Source: Squalus acanthias (taxonomy: Eukaryota). Taken from it: DNA of 64,000 nucleotides. Where the stretch lies: positions 91,204,001 to 91,268,000 of the forward strand of contig CM059432.1 of the NCBI GenBank assembly GCA_030390025.1, given 5' to 3'. The notes beneath the pieces are model-generated. The model was not told the origin of the DNA, ran no database searches, and saw nothing but the letters and a program-made list of their open reading frames with translations. Position 1 is the first letter of the stretch. Every line of letters starts with the position of its first letter. Both the position numbers and the translations under genes were made by a program. Positions 34,961 through 47,900 of the stretch are shown here, piece by piece.

Positions 34961-35588
34961 AATGACACCTCCTGCAGTAGTCCGGTTCCTTCTCCTTGGC
35001 CTGCTGCTGCTTGCTGAGGCAGCTTCAGAACCAGCAATGCTGAGAATGAGGGCTCGATTTTAATAGCCCTGAGGAGGCGGGCTAGGAGGCAAGTCGGCAG
35101 CAAAAATTGGAACAAATGGCTTCAGACACCCAACCCGCCTCCATCCCGCCCCCATGCAATTTTCGAGCGTGTCGGGTCAGCCGCTCCCAAACTGACCCGA
35201 CTGGAACCGGTGGGTCAGGTAGTTAAGGCAGTTAACAGCCTGTTAATTGCCTTGCTAATCCTATTTTTATAGTGGTTTCCCATTTTCGTGCTTTTGGCTC
35301 CTGTTTCCCGACTTGTCAGAAACACGCCAGCTTCAAGGAGACGAGTTTCTCGAGGACATGATTTGTAGCCATTGGTGCAGCAGTTTAAAAGCGCTCCTGT
35401 AACATGGCTGACATTCAAATGCAACAACTTTGTTGTTGGAGGTTTGGGATAAGATTTTGCAAATCTACTGACCATGTGACTGTTCAAGCTGACACCCATC
35501 TGCAGTGTTACCTGATTGGAATAATTTCAGGCCACTTTGAGTGTGCGATTGCAAGCTTCTTGCCTCAACTGAAATCTATAGCAACGGG

Positions 35589-36811
35589 ATGGGAACCATT
35601 TACATCCTCTCATCCTGGTCATCAGATTCGGAGGAAGAGCAGCTGCAGCAGCTCCACAACCAGCCACAACAGCAGCACCAGCACCAGGAGCGCCAACCTC
35701 CTCCTCATCCACCTGATGCTGCACAGGGCGGAGGGCCTCAGTGCAGGGCTGCACCTCACCACAGGAGATACCCCCAACACAGGATTTACAGGCCAAGGAT
35801 CAGCTTCCTCAGTATGACTGAACAGCAATGCCAAATGAGGCTGAGACTTTCGAGAGAGGTAGTCGCTGACATCTGCAAAATGCTGCACCAACACCTGGAG
35901 CCCCGAGGAGCATGTGGACACTCCTTACCAGTGGCTGTCAAAGTCACCACCGCACACATCGTCTTTGCTTCGGGCTCCTTCCAGGGATCAGCTGCAGACA
36001 TCAGCGGCATCTCCCAGTTGGCCGCACACACCTGCATCACGCAGGCTACCGATGCCCTCTTTGCAAAGGCACACAATTACATCCACTTCTCCACGGATGG
36101 CCCAAGTGTGACCGCGCGTGCGGTTGGCTTTGCCAGTAGGCAGGCTTGCCAATGGTGCAGGGCGTCATAGACTGCACACATGTAGCCATGAGGGCCCCCT
36201 ATCACAACCCAGCTGTATTTGTCAACCGCAAGGGATTCCACTCCCCGAACGTCCAGCTGGTGTGTAACCACAGGAAGATCATCATGCATGTTTGCGCAAA
36301 GTACCCTGGCAGTTGCCATGACTCCTTCATCCTGCGCCAGTCTACTGTGCCTCAGATCTTCCATCTGCCAAACCAACTTTCCGGATGGCTTCTTGGCAAC
36401 AAGGGCTATCCTCTGAAAAAGTGGCTTATGACACCAATGAGGAGGCCATCAAACGATGCTGAGGAGTGGTACAATTTGAGCCACATATCCACTAGAAGCA
36501 TCATCGAGCAAACCATCGGCTTGCTCAAAATGCGCTTCCGATGCCTAGACAGATCTGGTGGAGCCTTGCAGTATGCACCAGCCAGGATGTCCAGAATCAT
36601 CGTGGTCTGCTGTGCCCTGCACAACATCGCACAGCAGCGTGGCTTAGTGCTGCCGGACGAACAAGTGGCTCAGCACACAGCCTCCTCGGAGGATGAGGAG
36701 GAGGACGGGGAGCAACGCCTTGTGGGGCCGGATGTGGCCAATCCAGCAGCAGGCGACCACATTGCTGGCCGTCAGGCAAGGGGTGCACTCATCCATGCCA
36801 GATTCGTGTAA
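35589..36811 (+). pseudogene. Harbinger DDE transposase (frameshift near 36140; second catalytic D>N)
   Basis: [18 protein letters not shown]..., [31 protein letters not shown]; aataaa at 36894. Confidence 0.92.
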
Positions 36812-36991
36812 GCTTACGCTTCAACCACAGGTGGCTGGCACATGGAGATGAATATAAGTCCGTCATTCTCAAAACCCCAGGCATCATCTGTCCAATAAAC
36901 GATGGTTTGCGCTCAGTGTCACCAGCAACATTCTAAATGGAATTCTCCCTGAGCCCTCACTCTTGAACTTCCATTTCCCAGAACACAGAGG

Positions 36992-37235
36992 TCACATTTT
37001 AGGAGATCTCAGCAGATCATTAAACCTTTTTCCATACTGAACCCATGTGCGTCTGCACTCAGAGCTCGAGCTCACCTCCTCAGCAACTTGCAGCCAAGCT
37101 GCCTTGGTTTGATGAGGAGGTCTCCTCCTTCCGTTTCCAGGGAAGAGGACCTCCTGACGTCCTCTAACTCCCTCCACATGAGCATGGAGAGACCTCATTG
37201 AACCTGGCTGCAGCCTTAGTTTTTGGGGCTGCCAT
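36992..37235 (-). pseudogene. H4 Myb/SANT-like exon 1 only (~80 aa, frameshifted)
   Basis: MAAPKTKAAARFNEVS / ...EVLFP...TKAAWLQVAEEV...RTWVQYGKRFNDLLRSPKM*. Confidence 0.85.
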
Positions 37236-39399
37236 TCCTACAGCAGTCAGCACTTTTAACAGAAAAAAGCTAATGCTTCTGCAAAGGGGACATGGCCCCT
37301 TTAGATATTTCCTGAAACAACACGTCATCAGAGGCGAGAGCCTGACACTCTGCAAGCAATTGCCTGGAGGGACCCACACGTCGACCGTAACGAGGCCAAT
37401 CAAGGTAAAATCTTAACTGCAGGGCGGCGGCATCCGGGAGCGGGTCCAGAAGACGCCGAGCAGCAGACCCGCCATCAACCCGCCTGAGGTTCTGCAACAG
37501 GATTGAACCTCCCCTGTAAGAACTGGAAAGAGCCTGTGGCAATGATGACTTGCGATTAGACTGCACCTGATATTGGTTAGTGCTTTGAGTGTAACGTCAC
37601 TGAGCTAGGCCGTTAGCGCCTGATTTAGCGCTCCCATCCTTTCTTTGAGCAATGACACTGAATTTTGCGTGCAGCGAGATTCATTAGCGCCTGGCACTAA
37701 ATCTCAAACTTTTCCAAAGTTAGCGTCCACTCCTGGGCGAGAATCGATTTCTCCCCCCCAAGGTCCATTTGGTTCGCCTGGGGTAGTCGCATGATCCAAC
37801 AATAATCTATCAATTAGTTTACAGCACCCCCAGATATGAAACAAGGAAAAGTCCAGTGGAGAAGAGCTTTAGGTACCATAGGTCCAAAGTCACTTGTTCC
37901 TCCCAAGCCTGCTACACTTGCCATATGTCATGTCGCAAATTACTGAAACACTGTATCCCAAAATATCATTTTCTGAAAGAAATCCATCTAGTTTGCATTT
38001 GAATGAATCAATACTAACTGCTTCCACTGTCTCCCTAGAGAGCCTGTTCCATAGATTGACCACTCGCACTTTGAAGTAATGTTTCCGTAGATTAGTTTTG
38101 AATTTACCCCCCCTTCAAGCGCAGGCCATATATCCAGAATTTTCTGCAAACTTGCGGCATGGTAATGGTGCATAAAATAATAGCGTAATCGATTGATGCC
38201 ATTATTTAGGGTGTGCCATAAATTCCTGGGACTTTTGCGCTACTCCGACGATCCTGTCGACAAAACTGAGAAAAAGTCATTGTCACAGCTCCACCCATCA
38301 TTGCAATCAATGACGATCACAAAATTCCTGGATTTACGCCCGTTTTCTCATTGGAGCCACTTAGACTGAAAATCAATGGTGCGGGTGACTGGTATTGGTG
38401 TGATTTATGGCCCTCACATGATTCTCAGCCAGGGAGGACAACAAAGGGACATTAAAGCTGTGAAGCCTCATCCCTGCAGTCTGGAAACTGTTTTCAGATT
38501 TTTCTTCTGATTCCCTCACTTTTGGTTTTCCCATCCAAAGGCCTGTGAGTGACTGAAAGCAATGCATTCAGCAAACCCACTCCTATCTACGCATTAAGTA
38601 GGTGAAAGGATTGAAATGGCCTATCCATCGGGCAGTACCCTGTACTTGATTGCCTGGAGGAGAAGCAGAGGGAGGAGGCTGTAAATATGTCCATTTCTTT
38701 GTTAAAGCTGTTCCACTAATCGAGCGATTAGGCACTGAGGACAATAGAATAATCTGATGAAAAAGTGGTAATGATTGCAAAAACAGCAGTAAAATTAAAA
38801 TCACATTCTTGCTTTCTCATTTCATTTTTTATTGTTGAACGTTGCTTTGCAAAATGGGGAATGCAGAGCAAGTTGTGCAATCTTACACAACGTTATTCTT
38901 GCCCTGTGTAACAGGTAATTATACTCCTGATGTTGACAATTAGGCTATAATTGTGTGTCACCTTGTAATGTAAGGAGATCAGGTCACCTTTTGTTTGAGA
39001 TCCATTTCAGCCATTTAAAGGATAACAGCATTTTTGACTTTATAGCCAGACAGTCACAGTTGAATTGATTTCAATTTGGGCATTAATCGTGCATCCCTTT
39101 ACACAATGTGATAATTAGATTGCATCTCATTGTTCCATATCCTGTACAAAATTAACATAATTATTTGGTGTTATTATAAAAGGATGGTTGATTGGGATCT
39201 TTGCAATTACTGCTATAGGTGTGATAGGACAGAAACTTAATAGCACTGTGTACAAATACAAATTTAAAACTGATTGGCCTTGAACAGATATGTAAATAAT
39301 AAACAAGTAAATCCAGTAAATGAACAATATAATACGAGAAGACTGTTGGAATGTACATTGTCCTGCTATGAAAGACTAGATGAACATACATATGCTTGA

Positions 39400-42037
39400 T
39401 CCAAGTTTGGGTGGAGATAAGAAATAATAAGGGAAAGAAGTCACTGGTGGGAGTAGTCTATAGACCCCCTAACAGTAGCTACACTGTAGGACAGAGTATA
39501 AATCAAGAAATAATGGGGGCTTGTAAGAAAGGTACAATAATCATGGGCAATTTTAATCTTCATATAGATTAGACAAATGAAAATAGCAAGGGTAGCCTTG
39601 AGGAGGAGTTTATAGAGTGTATTCGGGATGGTTTCTTAGAACAATACATTGTGGAACCAACCAGGGAGCAGGCTATTTTAGATCTGGTAATGTGTAATGA
39701 GACAGGATTAATTAATGATCTCATTGTAAAGGATCCTCTAGGGAAGCGTGATCATAGCATGATAGAATTTCAAATTCAGTTTGAGGGTGAGAAACTTGGG
39801 TCTGAAACTAATGTCCTAAACTTAAATAAAGGCAATTACAAATGTATGAAGACAAAGTTGGCTAAAGTGGACTGGGAAAATAGATTAAAGAGTAAAATGG
39901 TAGATAAGCAGTGGCAGACATTTAAGGAGGTATTTCATAACTCTCAGCAAAGGTTTATTCCAGTGAGAAAGAAATACTCTATAAGAAGGATGAACCATCT
40001 GTGGCTAACTAAGGAAGTTAAGGATGGTATCAAATTGAAAGAAAAGGCATACAATGTTGTGAAGATTAGTGGTAGGCCAGAGGATTGGGAAATTTTTAGA
40101 AACCAGCAAAGGATGACTAAAAAAATAATAAAGAGGGAGAAGATAGATTATGAGAGTAAACTAGCAAAAAATATAAAAACAGACAGTAAGAGCCTCTACA
40201 GGTATATAAAAAGGAAGAGAGTAGCTAAAGTAAATGTTGGTCCCTTAGAGGATGAGACTGGGGAATTAATAATGGGAAACAGGGAAATGGCAGAAACTTT
40301 GAACAAATATTTTGTATCGGTCTTCATGGTGGAAGACACTAAAAGCATCCCAATAATAATTGATAATCAAGGGGCTATAGAGAGGGAGGAACTTAAAACA
40401 TTAACTATCATGAGAGAAAAAGTACTAGGCAAACTAATGGGACTAAAGGCTGACAAGTCCCCTGGACCTGATGGCCTGCATCCTAGGGTCTTAAAAGAAT
40501 TGGCTGCAGAGATAAGATAAGTTGTAATCTACCTAAATTCCCTGGATTCTGGAGAGGTCCCAGCGGATTGGAAAACCGCAAATGTAACTCCCCTATTCAA
40601 GAAATGAAGGAGACAGAAAGCAGGAAACTATAGGCTAGTTAGCCTAACATCTGTCATTGGGAAAATGTTGGAATCCATCATTAAGGAAGTAATAGCAGGA
40701 CATTTTGAAAATCATAATACAATCAAGCAGAGTCAACATGGTTTTATGAAAGGGAAATCGTGTTTGACAAGTTTACTAGAGTTCTTTGAGGAGGTAACGG
40801 GCAGGGTGGATAAAGGGGAACCAGTAGATGTAGTGTATTTGGATTTCCAGAAGGCATTCGATAAGGTGCCACATAAAATGTTACTACAAGGTAAGAGCTC
40901 ACGGGTTGGGGGTAATATATTAGCATGGATAGAGGATTGGCTAACTAACAGAAAACAGAGAGTCGGGATAAATGGGTCATTTTCAGGTTGGCAAACTGTA
41001 ACTAGTGGGTGCCACAGGGATCAGTGCTGGGGCCTCAACTATTTACAATCTATTTTAATGACCTAGATGAAGGGAACAAGTGTACTGTAACCAAATTTGC
41101 TGATGATACAAAGATAGATGGGAAAGCAAGTTGTGAGGAGGACACAAGAGTCTGCAAAGAGATATAGATAGGTTAAGTGAGTGGGCAAAAATTTGGCAGA
41201 TGGAGTATAATGTGGGAAAATGTGAGGTTATTCACTTTGGTAGGAAGAATAAAAAAGCAAATTACTATTTAAATGGAGAGAGACTACAAAATGCTGCGGT
41301 ACAGAGGGATCTGGGGGTCTTCGTACATGAATCACAAAAAGTTAACATGCAGGTACAGCAGGTAATTAGGAAGGCGGCAAATGGAATATTGGCCTTTATT
41401 GCAAGGGGGATGGAGTATAAAAGTAGGGAAGTTTTGCTACAACTGTAAAGGGCACTGGTGAGACCACATCTGGAGTACTGCGTACAGTTTGGTCTCCTTA
41501 TTTAAGGAGGGGTATATTTGCATTGGAGGCAGTTCAGAGAAGGTTCACTAGGTTGATTCTGGAGATGAAGGGGTTGTCTTATGAAGAAAGGTTGAGCAGG
41601 TTGGGCCTATACTCATTGGAGTTTAGAAGAATGAGAGGTGATCTTATTGAAACATATAAGATTCTGAGGGGGCTCGACAGGGTAGATGCTGAGAGGATGT
41701 TTCCCCTCATCAGGGAATCTAGAACTAGGGGGCATATTTTCAGAATAAGATGTCGCCCATTTAAAATGGAGATGAGGAGGAATTTCTTCTCTCAGAGGGT
41801 CGTGAATCTTTGGAATTCGCTACCCCAGAGAGCTGTGGAGGCGGAGTCATTGAATATATTCAAGGTGGAGATCGACAGATGTTTGAGCTATAGGGGAGTC
41901 AAGGGTTATGGGGAGTGGGCAGGAAAGTGAAGTTGAGGCCAAGATCAGATCAGCCATGATCTTATTGAATGGCGGAGCAGGCTCGAGGGGCCAAATGGCC
42001 TACTCCTGCTCCTATTACTTATGTTCTTATGTTCTTA
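39400..42037 (+). mobile_element. CR1 LINE, ORF2 pseudogene from APE to 3' tail
   Basis: PTREQAILDLV, KSPGPDGLHPRVLKE, YLDFQKAFDKVPH, RVVNLWNSLP; (tatgttct)n tail. Confidence 0.92.
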
Positions 42038-42039
42038 TA

Positions 42040-43665
42040 ACAGGATACAGCAGCAGTTAACCGGCGGGGGGCAGGCATGGCTGCATATCCTGACCCAGCT
42101 GGAGGAGACAGTGCTTGACATTATTGGATGAGCCATCACTGAGGCTGTGGTGATCGGCGAGGCTGAAATCATTGATGATGACGGTATGCTCATACCTAAT
42201 CCTCCTTCTCACATCCCACTTCCCCATCATCCCACAATCTCTTCTCACTTACAAGCTGCTGATGGTGTAAACATGCACATCTTGCTTTCCCCCCTCCCCT
42301 CACCACAACCCTACTCTTGTGCTTTCTCCTTTCAGATACCCAAGAACTCCAAGCTTCCTAGCCAGTGCAGGAAGAGCAAGAGGAGAGCGATGGAGAAGAT
42401 GAGACACCGTCACTTGATCTGACACTCGCAGGCATCAGCTCAGAAATTGGTACTGCATGTACTTTAGAGCGTAGTATAGTGGCGGTATCTGCACGTGGTG
42501 AGACACCGGGCACGAGTGGCCTGCAGCGAGGGCAGGGTGAAAGAGTAGCGCAGGTGCTAGCTCCCCGGAAGGCGAGTTCTCACACGGGCTCTGCTGCAGA
42601 GCACTCAGATGAGGACTTTGATGGGGCGGCCTTCAGAAGGAGGGTAATGGGCATGCACATAGAATTGTGTGGTGCATTGGCAGGCCTGCCAGAGAGACTA
42701 TTGTAATTGTCAAGGAGGATGGAGGAGTCCGGCTCCAACTTTGTACAGGTTTTGCGCAGAGCTTGAAGCCCGTGATTACCAGCATGGAAGTGATCAAAAA
42801 CTCCATTAGCGCACTTGTGGACCCAACCATGGTGCAGCGTCTGATGGTCGAGGTCTCAGCTTCCATTGCAGCACAAGCAGAAGCCACCCAATGTTTGAGT
42901 GCTGCAATGGAAGTTCAGACTTCTGTCATGCAGGCTCAGCTTAACTCCACGCAAGATCAGAATGCTGCCATTATGGCTGGATTTACCAGTGTGGAAAGGG
43001 GGGTTGCAGGGTGTCACAGCAATCCAGCAATCTGTCCTCCAACAGATTACTATGATTGCTGAGGCACCGCCCCAGCGGAGTGGCAGTGGGTCTGTGGAGC
43101 ACGAACCTGCTGTCCTCTCTCAGGATGACAACATTCGTACTTCCACCACTGCCACTCCGCCAGTGCCCTTGCTGCTGCCTGGCTGCCGCCCATGCCGAGG
43201 TGGTGCAGTCTACAGCCGGGTCTTCTAGGCCCAGAGCAGCTCGAGATCATCCTGCAAGGCCAACTGCAGTCTCCCCCACTGAAAGTCAGCAGCCTTCCAC
43301 CAGCTATGCTGCAGCCACTTGGGTAGCACTGCATAGGAGCACTAGGACAGGCAATGGAAGATGGAAGACAGGCACTAAGTCAATGTACAAGGTGATTAGT
43401 TGACTTTGTGATGTACTATTGGATTGAATGATTTATGAGTGTAGTTTGGAATGTTTGTTTTGTGGTGGCTCTCATTTCAGCATTGTGGCCAAAAGGACGC
43501 TGTGATGCTCCATGGTAAGGTGGGGAAGTGTTGAGCAACGGAGATCTCGGGTTTCTTTCAGGGTAACCAGAGTCTGATGATGCACTCACAGACAGCCCGT
43601 CTGGAACATGGATGTGCAGGCTGCCTCCTCCCTTCCTCCTCCTCCACTTTCTCTTCCTCTTCCTC
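42040..43665 (+). pseudogene. Orphan internal Harbinger fragment: Myb-like exons 2-3 (+) and transposase 3' end (-)
   Basis: Homologous to H3 (SDEDFDGAAFRRRVMGMH; RSTRTG); intron gtatgc...tttcag; 43560-43660 is the reverse of H3 32820-32903. Confidence 0.82.
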
Positions 43666-43666
43666 C

Positions 43667-44765
43667 TTTTTTTTTCTTTAATCATTCATGGGATGTGGGC
43701 GTCGCTGGCAAGGCCAGCATTTATTGCCCATCCCTAATTGTTCTGGAGAAGGTGGTGGTGAGCCACCATCTTGAACCGCTGCAGTTTGTGCGGTGAAGGT
43801 ACTCCCACAGTGCTGTTAGGGAGGGAGTTCCAGGATCTTGTCCCAGCGACGATGAAGGAACAGTAATATATTTCCAAGTCAGGATGGTGTGTAACTTGGA
43901 GGGTAACTTGGAGGGGATGGTGTTCCCACGCGTCTGCTGCCCTTGTCCTTCGAGGTGGTAGAGGTCATGGGTTTGGGAGGTGCTGTCGAAGAAGCCTTGG
44001 CGAGTTGCTGCATTGCATCTTGTAGATGGTACACACTGCAGCCACGGAACGCCGGTGGTGGAAGGAGTGAATGTTTAAGGTGGTGGATGGGGTGCCAATC
44101 AAACGGGCTGCTTTGTCCTGGATGGTGTCGAGCTTCTCGAGTGTTGTTGGAGCTGCACACATCCAGGCAAGTGGAGAGTATTCCATCACACTCCTTACAT
44201 GTGCCTTGTAGATGGTGGAAAGGCTTTGGGGAGTCAGGAGGTGAGACACTCGCCGCAGAATACCTAGCCTCTGACCTGCTCTTGTTGCCACAGTATTTAT
44301 GTGGCTGGTCCAGTTAGGTTTCTGGTCAATGGTGACCCCCAGGATTTTGATGGAGGGGGATTCGGCGATGGTAATGCCGTTGAATGTCAAGGGGTGGTGG
44401 TTAGACTCTCGCTTGTTGGAGATAGTCATTGCCTGGCACTTGTGTGGCGCAAATGTTACCTGCCACTTATCAGCCCAAGCCTGAACGTCGTCCAGGTCTT
44501 GTTGCATGCGGGCATGGACTGCTTCATTATCTGAGGAGTTGTGAATGGCACTGAACACTGTGCAGTCATCAGAGAACATCCCCATTTCTGACCTTATGTT
44601 GGAAGGAAGGTCATTGATGAAGCAGCTGAAGATGGTTGGGCCTAGGACACTGCCCTGAGGAAGTCCTGCAGTGATGTCCTGGGGCTGTGATGATTGACCT
44701 TCAACCACCACAACCATCTTCCTTTGTGCTAGGTATGACTCCAGCCAGTGGAGCGTTTCCCCCCC
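43667..44765 (-). mobile_element. CR1/L2-group LINE (family of 29765), RT region to 3' tail
   Basis: GLPQGSVLGPTIFSCFINDL, MFSDDCT, IYKAHVRSVMEYSPLAW. Confidence 0.9.
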
Positions 44766-45670
44766 GAATTTAATGTAGATCCATGTGAGGTTATGTATTT
44801 TGGGAGGAAAAATAAGGAATGCAAGTATACACAGAATGGAAAGGTGCTGATGGGTCTGGATGAAGAGAGAAACGTAGGGGTTCAAATGTATAATTCCTTG
44901 AAAGTGCCAGTGCCACATGAGTGTTGGGTAATGTCCATCTCAAACAAGAGAAAGCCCAGCCACATCCCCTTGACCTTCAATGGCACCACTCTTGCTATAT
45001 CCCCTACCATCAACATCTTGGGAGGGTTACCAATGACTAAAAGCTTAACTGGACCTACCATATCAACACTGTGGCTATGAGCAGGACAGTGGCTAGATAC
45101 TTCTCAAAGCCTCTCCACCAGCAACATGAGTCAGGAGTGAATGGAATGCTCACAACTCATCTGGATGGGTGCGGTCACAACAACACTAACGAACAATGTT
45201 TCCTGTAAGCTGCGCGGCCACGCGGCTACACAGCTGTCTGTCGATCCCGTGCAGCCCGGGACAGACTTTTCCAATGTGAATGGGCTGTGCAGCCCGTTAA
45301 AAGGACTGCGCACCCAAATTTAATATTGGTGGAACGTTGCTAAAGAAGCTGAACACCATCCAAGATACAGCAGTTCCCTTGATTGGTACCCATGTCACTG
45401 GGCTCAATATCCACTCTCTGCATCACCGCTGTGCCATGGCTGGAGTGTGTACAATCTACAGGATGTACTAGCAATTTACCAATGTTACTTCAACAGCACC
45501 ACCCTACCCCAGGGCTTCTACCATACAGGAGTAGCAAGATCATAGGAACGCCATTACCTCCAATTTTCCTCCAAGTTATACACCATCCTGACTTTAACAT
45601 ATATCATTGTTCCTTCCGCATCACTGGGTCAAAATCCTCCAATTTGAACAGTGTGAACAGTTCGAAAACT
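44766..45670 (+). mobile_element. Degenerate LINE fragments (CR1 piece, then family of 29765)
   Basis: FNVDPCEVMYFGRKN, then ISNKRKPSHIPLTFNG. Confidence 0.7.
45194..45339. mobile_element. hAT-like MITE (146 bp)
   Basis: TIRs caatgtttcc / ggaacgttg; 8-bp TSD ctaacgaa / ctaaagaa. Confidence 0.75.
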
Positions 45671-45889
45671 ATCTAAGAGGAAACCTGCATAATACTTTTT
45701 CTTTCAACTTTTATAAAGTCAAGATATATTTTAAATAAATTTAGTAAAGACAAGAGAAATGTTACACTGAAGTAGACAAACAGTCATAATGCAAGCATGA
45801 TGTGGAATTTGCATACATACAAAAATGTAATTGTAACAAAAGAACATTAAAAAGGAAAGGTAAGTTATGATATTTCAGCATGTAACTTG

Positions 45890-45985
45890 TTCTGATGAAG
45901 GGTGCATACCTTGAACCTGTCTTTAATCTTTACAGATGCTATCTGAGCTGTTGTATATTTCCAGCATTTTCTGTTTTTATTTTAC
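45890..45985 (+). mobile_element. Penelope-like element terminal fragment
   Basis: ctgatgaagggt...acagatgct...tatttccagcattttctgtttttattt resembles the ends of fish Penelope-type repeats as I recall them. Confidence 0.5.
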
Positions 45986-46159
45986 GCTGATGAGACTGCG
46001 TTCTTCAGTTTAGTTTGGAGCCTGCCGATCACTGCATCCAGCACTCTGTTCAGTTTTGATGCCTGATGCCTTTATATGCAAAAATATCAGGTCTGGCCAC
46101 TCTTGGAGAAACTGTTGGCCTATTTTGATGTATGTATCATCCTTGTTGCGTAGTGAAAT

Positions 46160-46482
46160 AGGGGGGGCATGGTGGCATAGCGGTTAGCACTGTTGCCTCA
46201 CAGCGCCAGGGACCTGGGTTCAAATTTGGCCTCGGGTGACTGTCTGTGTGGAGTTTGCACATTGTCTGCGTGGGTTTCCTCCGGGTGCTCCAGTTTCCTC
46301 CCACAGGCCAAAGATGTGCGGGTTAGGTTGATTTGGCTATGATAAATTGACCCTTAGTGTTAGGGGGATTAAATACGTGGGGTTACGGGGATAGGGTGGG
46401 ATATGTGTCGGTGCAGGCTTGATGGGCCGAAATGGCCTCTATCTGCACTGTGGGGATTCTGTGATTCTTCTGTGATTCTGTG
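46160..46482 (+). mobile_element. HE1-like V-SINE (tRNA head, V domain, CR1-derived tail)
   Basis: ggtggcatagcggttagcactgttgcctcacagcgcc (A box), gggttcaaat (B box), gtctgtgtggagtttgcac...gcgtgggtttcctccgggtgctcc (V domain), (gattctgt)n tail. Confidence 0.9.
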
Positions 46483-47223
46483 AAAATGGAGTCACGCCCT
46501 GAAACATACTGGGGAGTTGACTGGATGTCAATGCAGTCTATTAGGAAATGGGCCATTGATTGCCTGGAATGCCTGAGGCATTGCCTGGGTATAGCACGGG
46601 GTCAATTGATTAGGTGCTTAGCATTGCTAATTGATAAATAAGGGTGGGATGCAGCTGATGAGGTTGAAGTAGACTTAATATATTTTTTCAACTGCAGTGT
46701 GTATTAAGCTTTCGACTTCTGCAGCCATGAGATAAATACCAGATTACATGGCACAGTACATTTTATCCTCTGTGTATTTAGTAGAGGAGCACCACGGCAT
46801 CAAAGGCCACAGATGGCTCACATTATCAGAATAAATGCTCTAAAGCTGTACTCTGCTTTCTTTGATCTGCTCATTAGAATAAACTTTCTGGCTGGAAGCC
46901 TAAATTTTGAGGTAAGAATTTAAATACTGGTTCTGAAGCTTCATACATGAATGTAGAATACAAGCTGGACCAAATTATTTAGTTGTTCTTAAAAAAAAGT
47001 TCAATAAAATTCATGCTGTAACTTGGCTACTATGATATTTAATGCATAGATTGACATAAACACATACGTTTTAGCAATTCTTTGTCCATTGTCTCAGTAA
47101 GTAATGATTTCCCAGTAACCTCTCATTAGGCTTTCAATGAGACTTCTAAATTTTGACAAAAAATATATTGTCCAGTGACAGAAATGCAACACAATTGTGA
47201 ATGTTTTCTAGGTGAGAAATAAT

Positions 47224-47900
47224 GGGAGAGAAATTTAACTCACAGCCTCCCGTTCTTCCAGTGTAAAATCGGTGTATAACCTCCAAATGTCACGTCACGA
47301 TCTGCCACGCTCGAACTGCACTAGAAGTATGGTGGACACCATATTGGCTCGGGAGGCTATTAGTCTTCCTGGCGCCTGCCTGAAACAGGTGTTAGACACC
47401 TTGGCCCGAAGTTTGCGGTCAGTGGCGAAGCAAAGGCGTTTGCCGCTAGCCCCAAAGAAAGCTGCCCACAAAGATCTCGCTATCTCTGTGGCAAGAAGTT
47501 TGCCTTTTTCAACGTATAAGTGAGATCAGTGCAGTGTAGTGGGGAATCCCTAACGTGATCTGCTGTGACGTCAACAAGCTGACTAAACAGCCAATCACAA
47601 TGCAGAATTCTCACAGACAGGGAACCAGGAAGTGAAGAAGCTGCTTTTATTCGCATGTATCGGGAAATCGTGGGGGTGTTGCTCACCTTCCAAAGTCGGA
47701 AAATTTATATTTACAACTACAAGAATTGCTGCACATTTTACATTTGAAGGTGAAGTGAAGAATTGTGTGCTATAATAGCTTTTCTGAAAATCATTTCGGA
47801 GGATTCTTGATTGAAAGAAAGATGCTACTGGGCAATTTTACCACATCGGCACTGACGCCAGGAAATTACCTTTACAGATTTTTGGAACCAAGTTCTTCAC
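47224..47900. mobile_element. Degenerate non-autonomous DNA element, related to 52535-53168
   Basis: Shared tctctgtggc.agaagtttgcctttttc...gcagaattctca.agaca...aaccaggaa block; starts gggagagaaattt. Confidence 0.55.

Larger units (their letters stand above)
35050..37510. mobile_element. Harbinger H4 (H1/H2-like), nested in H3, internally deleted
   Basis: Left TIR gggctcgatttt; degenerate right end aggattgaacct; transposase (+) and Myb exon 1 (-). No TSD resolved. Confidence 0.85.
31235..37758. mobile_element. Two-gene Harbinger H3 (different family), containing nested H4
   Basis: TIRs gggggagaaat / atttctcccccc, CAA TSD, many TTAGCGCC/GGCGCTAA subterminal motifs, convergent transposase (+) and Myb-like (-) genes. 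Confidence 0.93.
31200..38105 (-). mobile_element. Old CR1 3' fragment split by H3
   Basis: aaaagaccaa|ggtccat rejoins across H3; 37980-38105 resembles the CR1 ORF2 end (RVVNLWN-like region). Confidence 0.55.

Noticed and set aside
46160..46235. tRNA gene
   Set aside because: A/B boxes are present, but they continue into a V-SINE body and tail.
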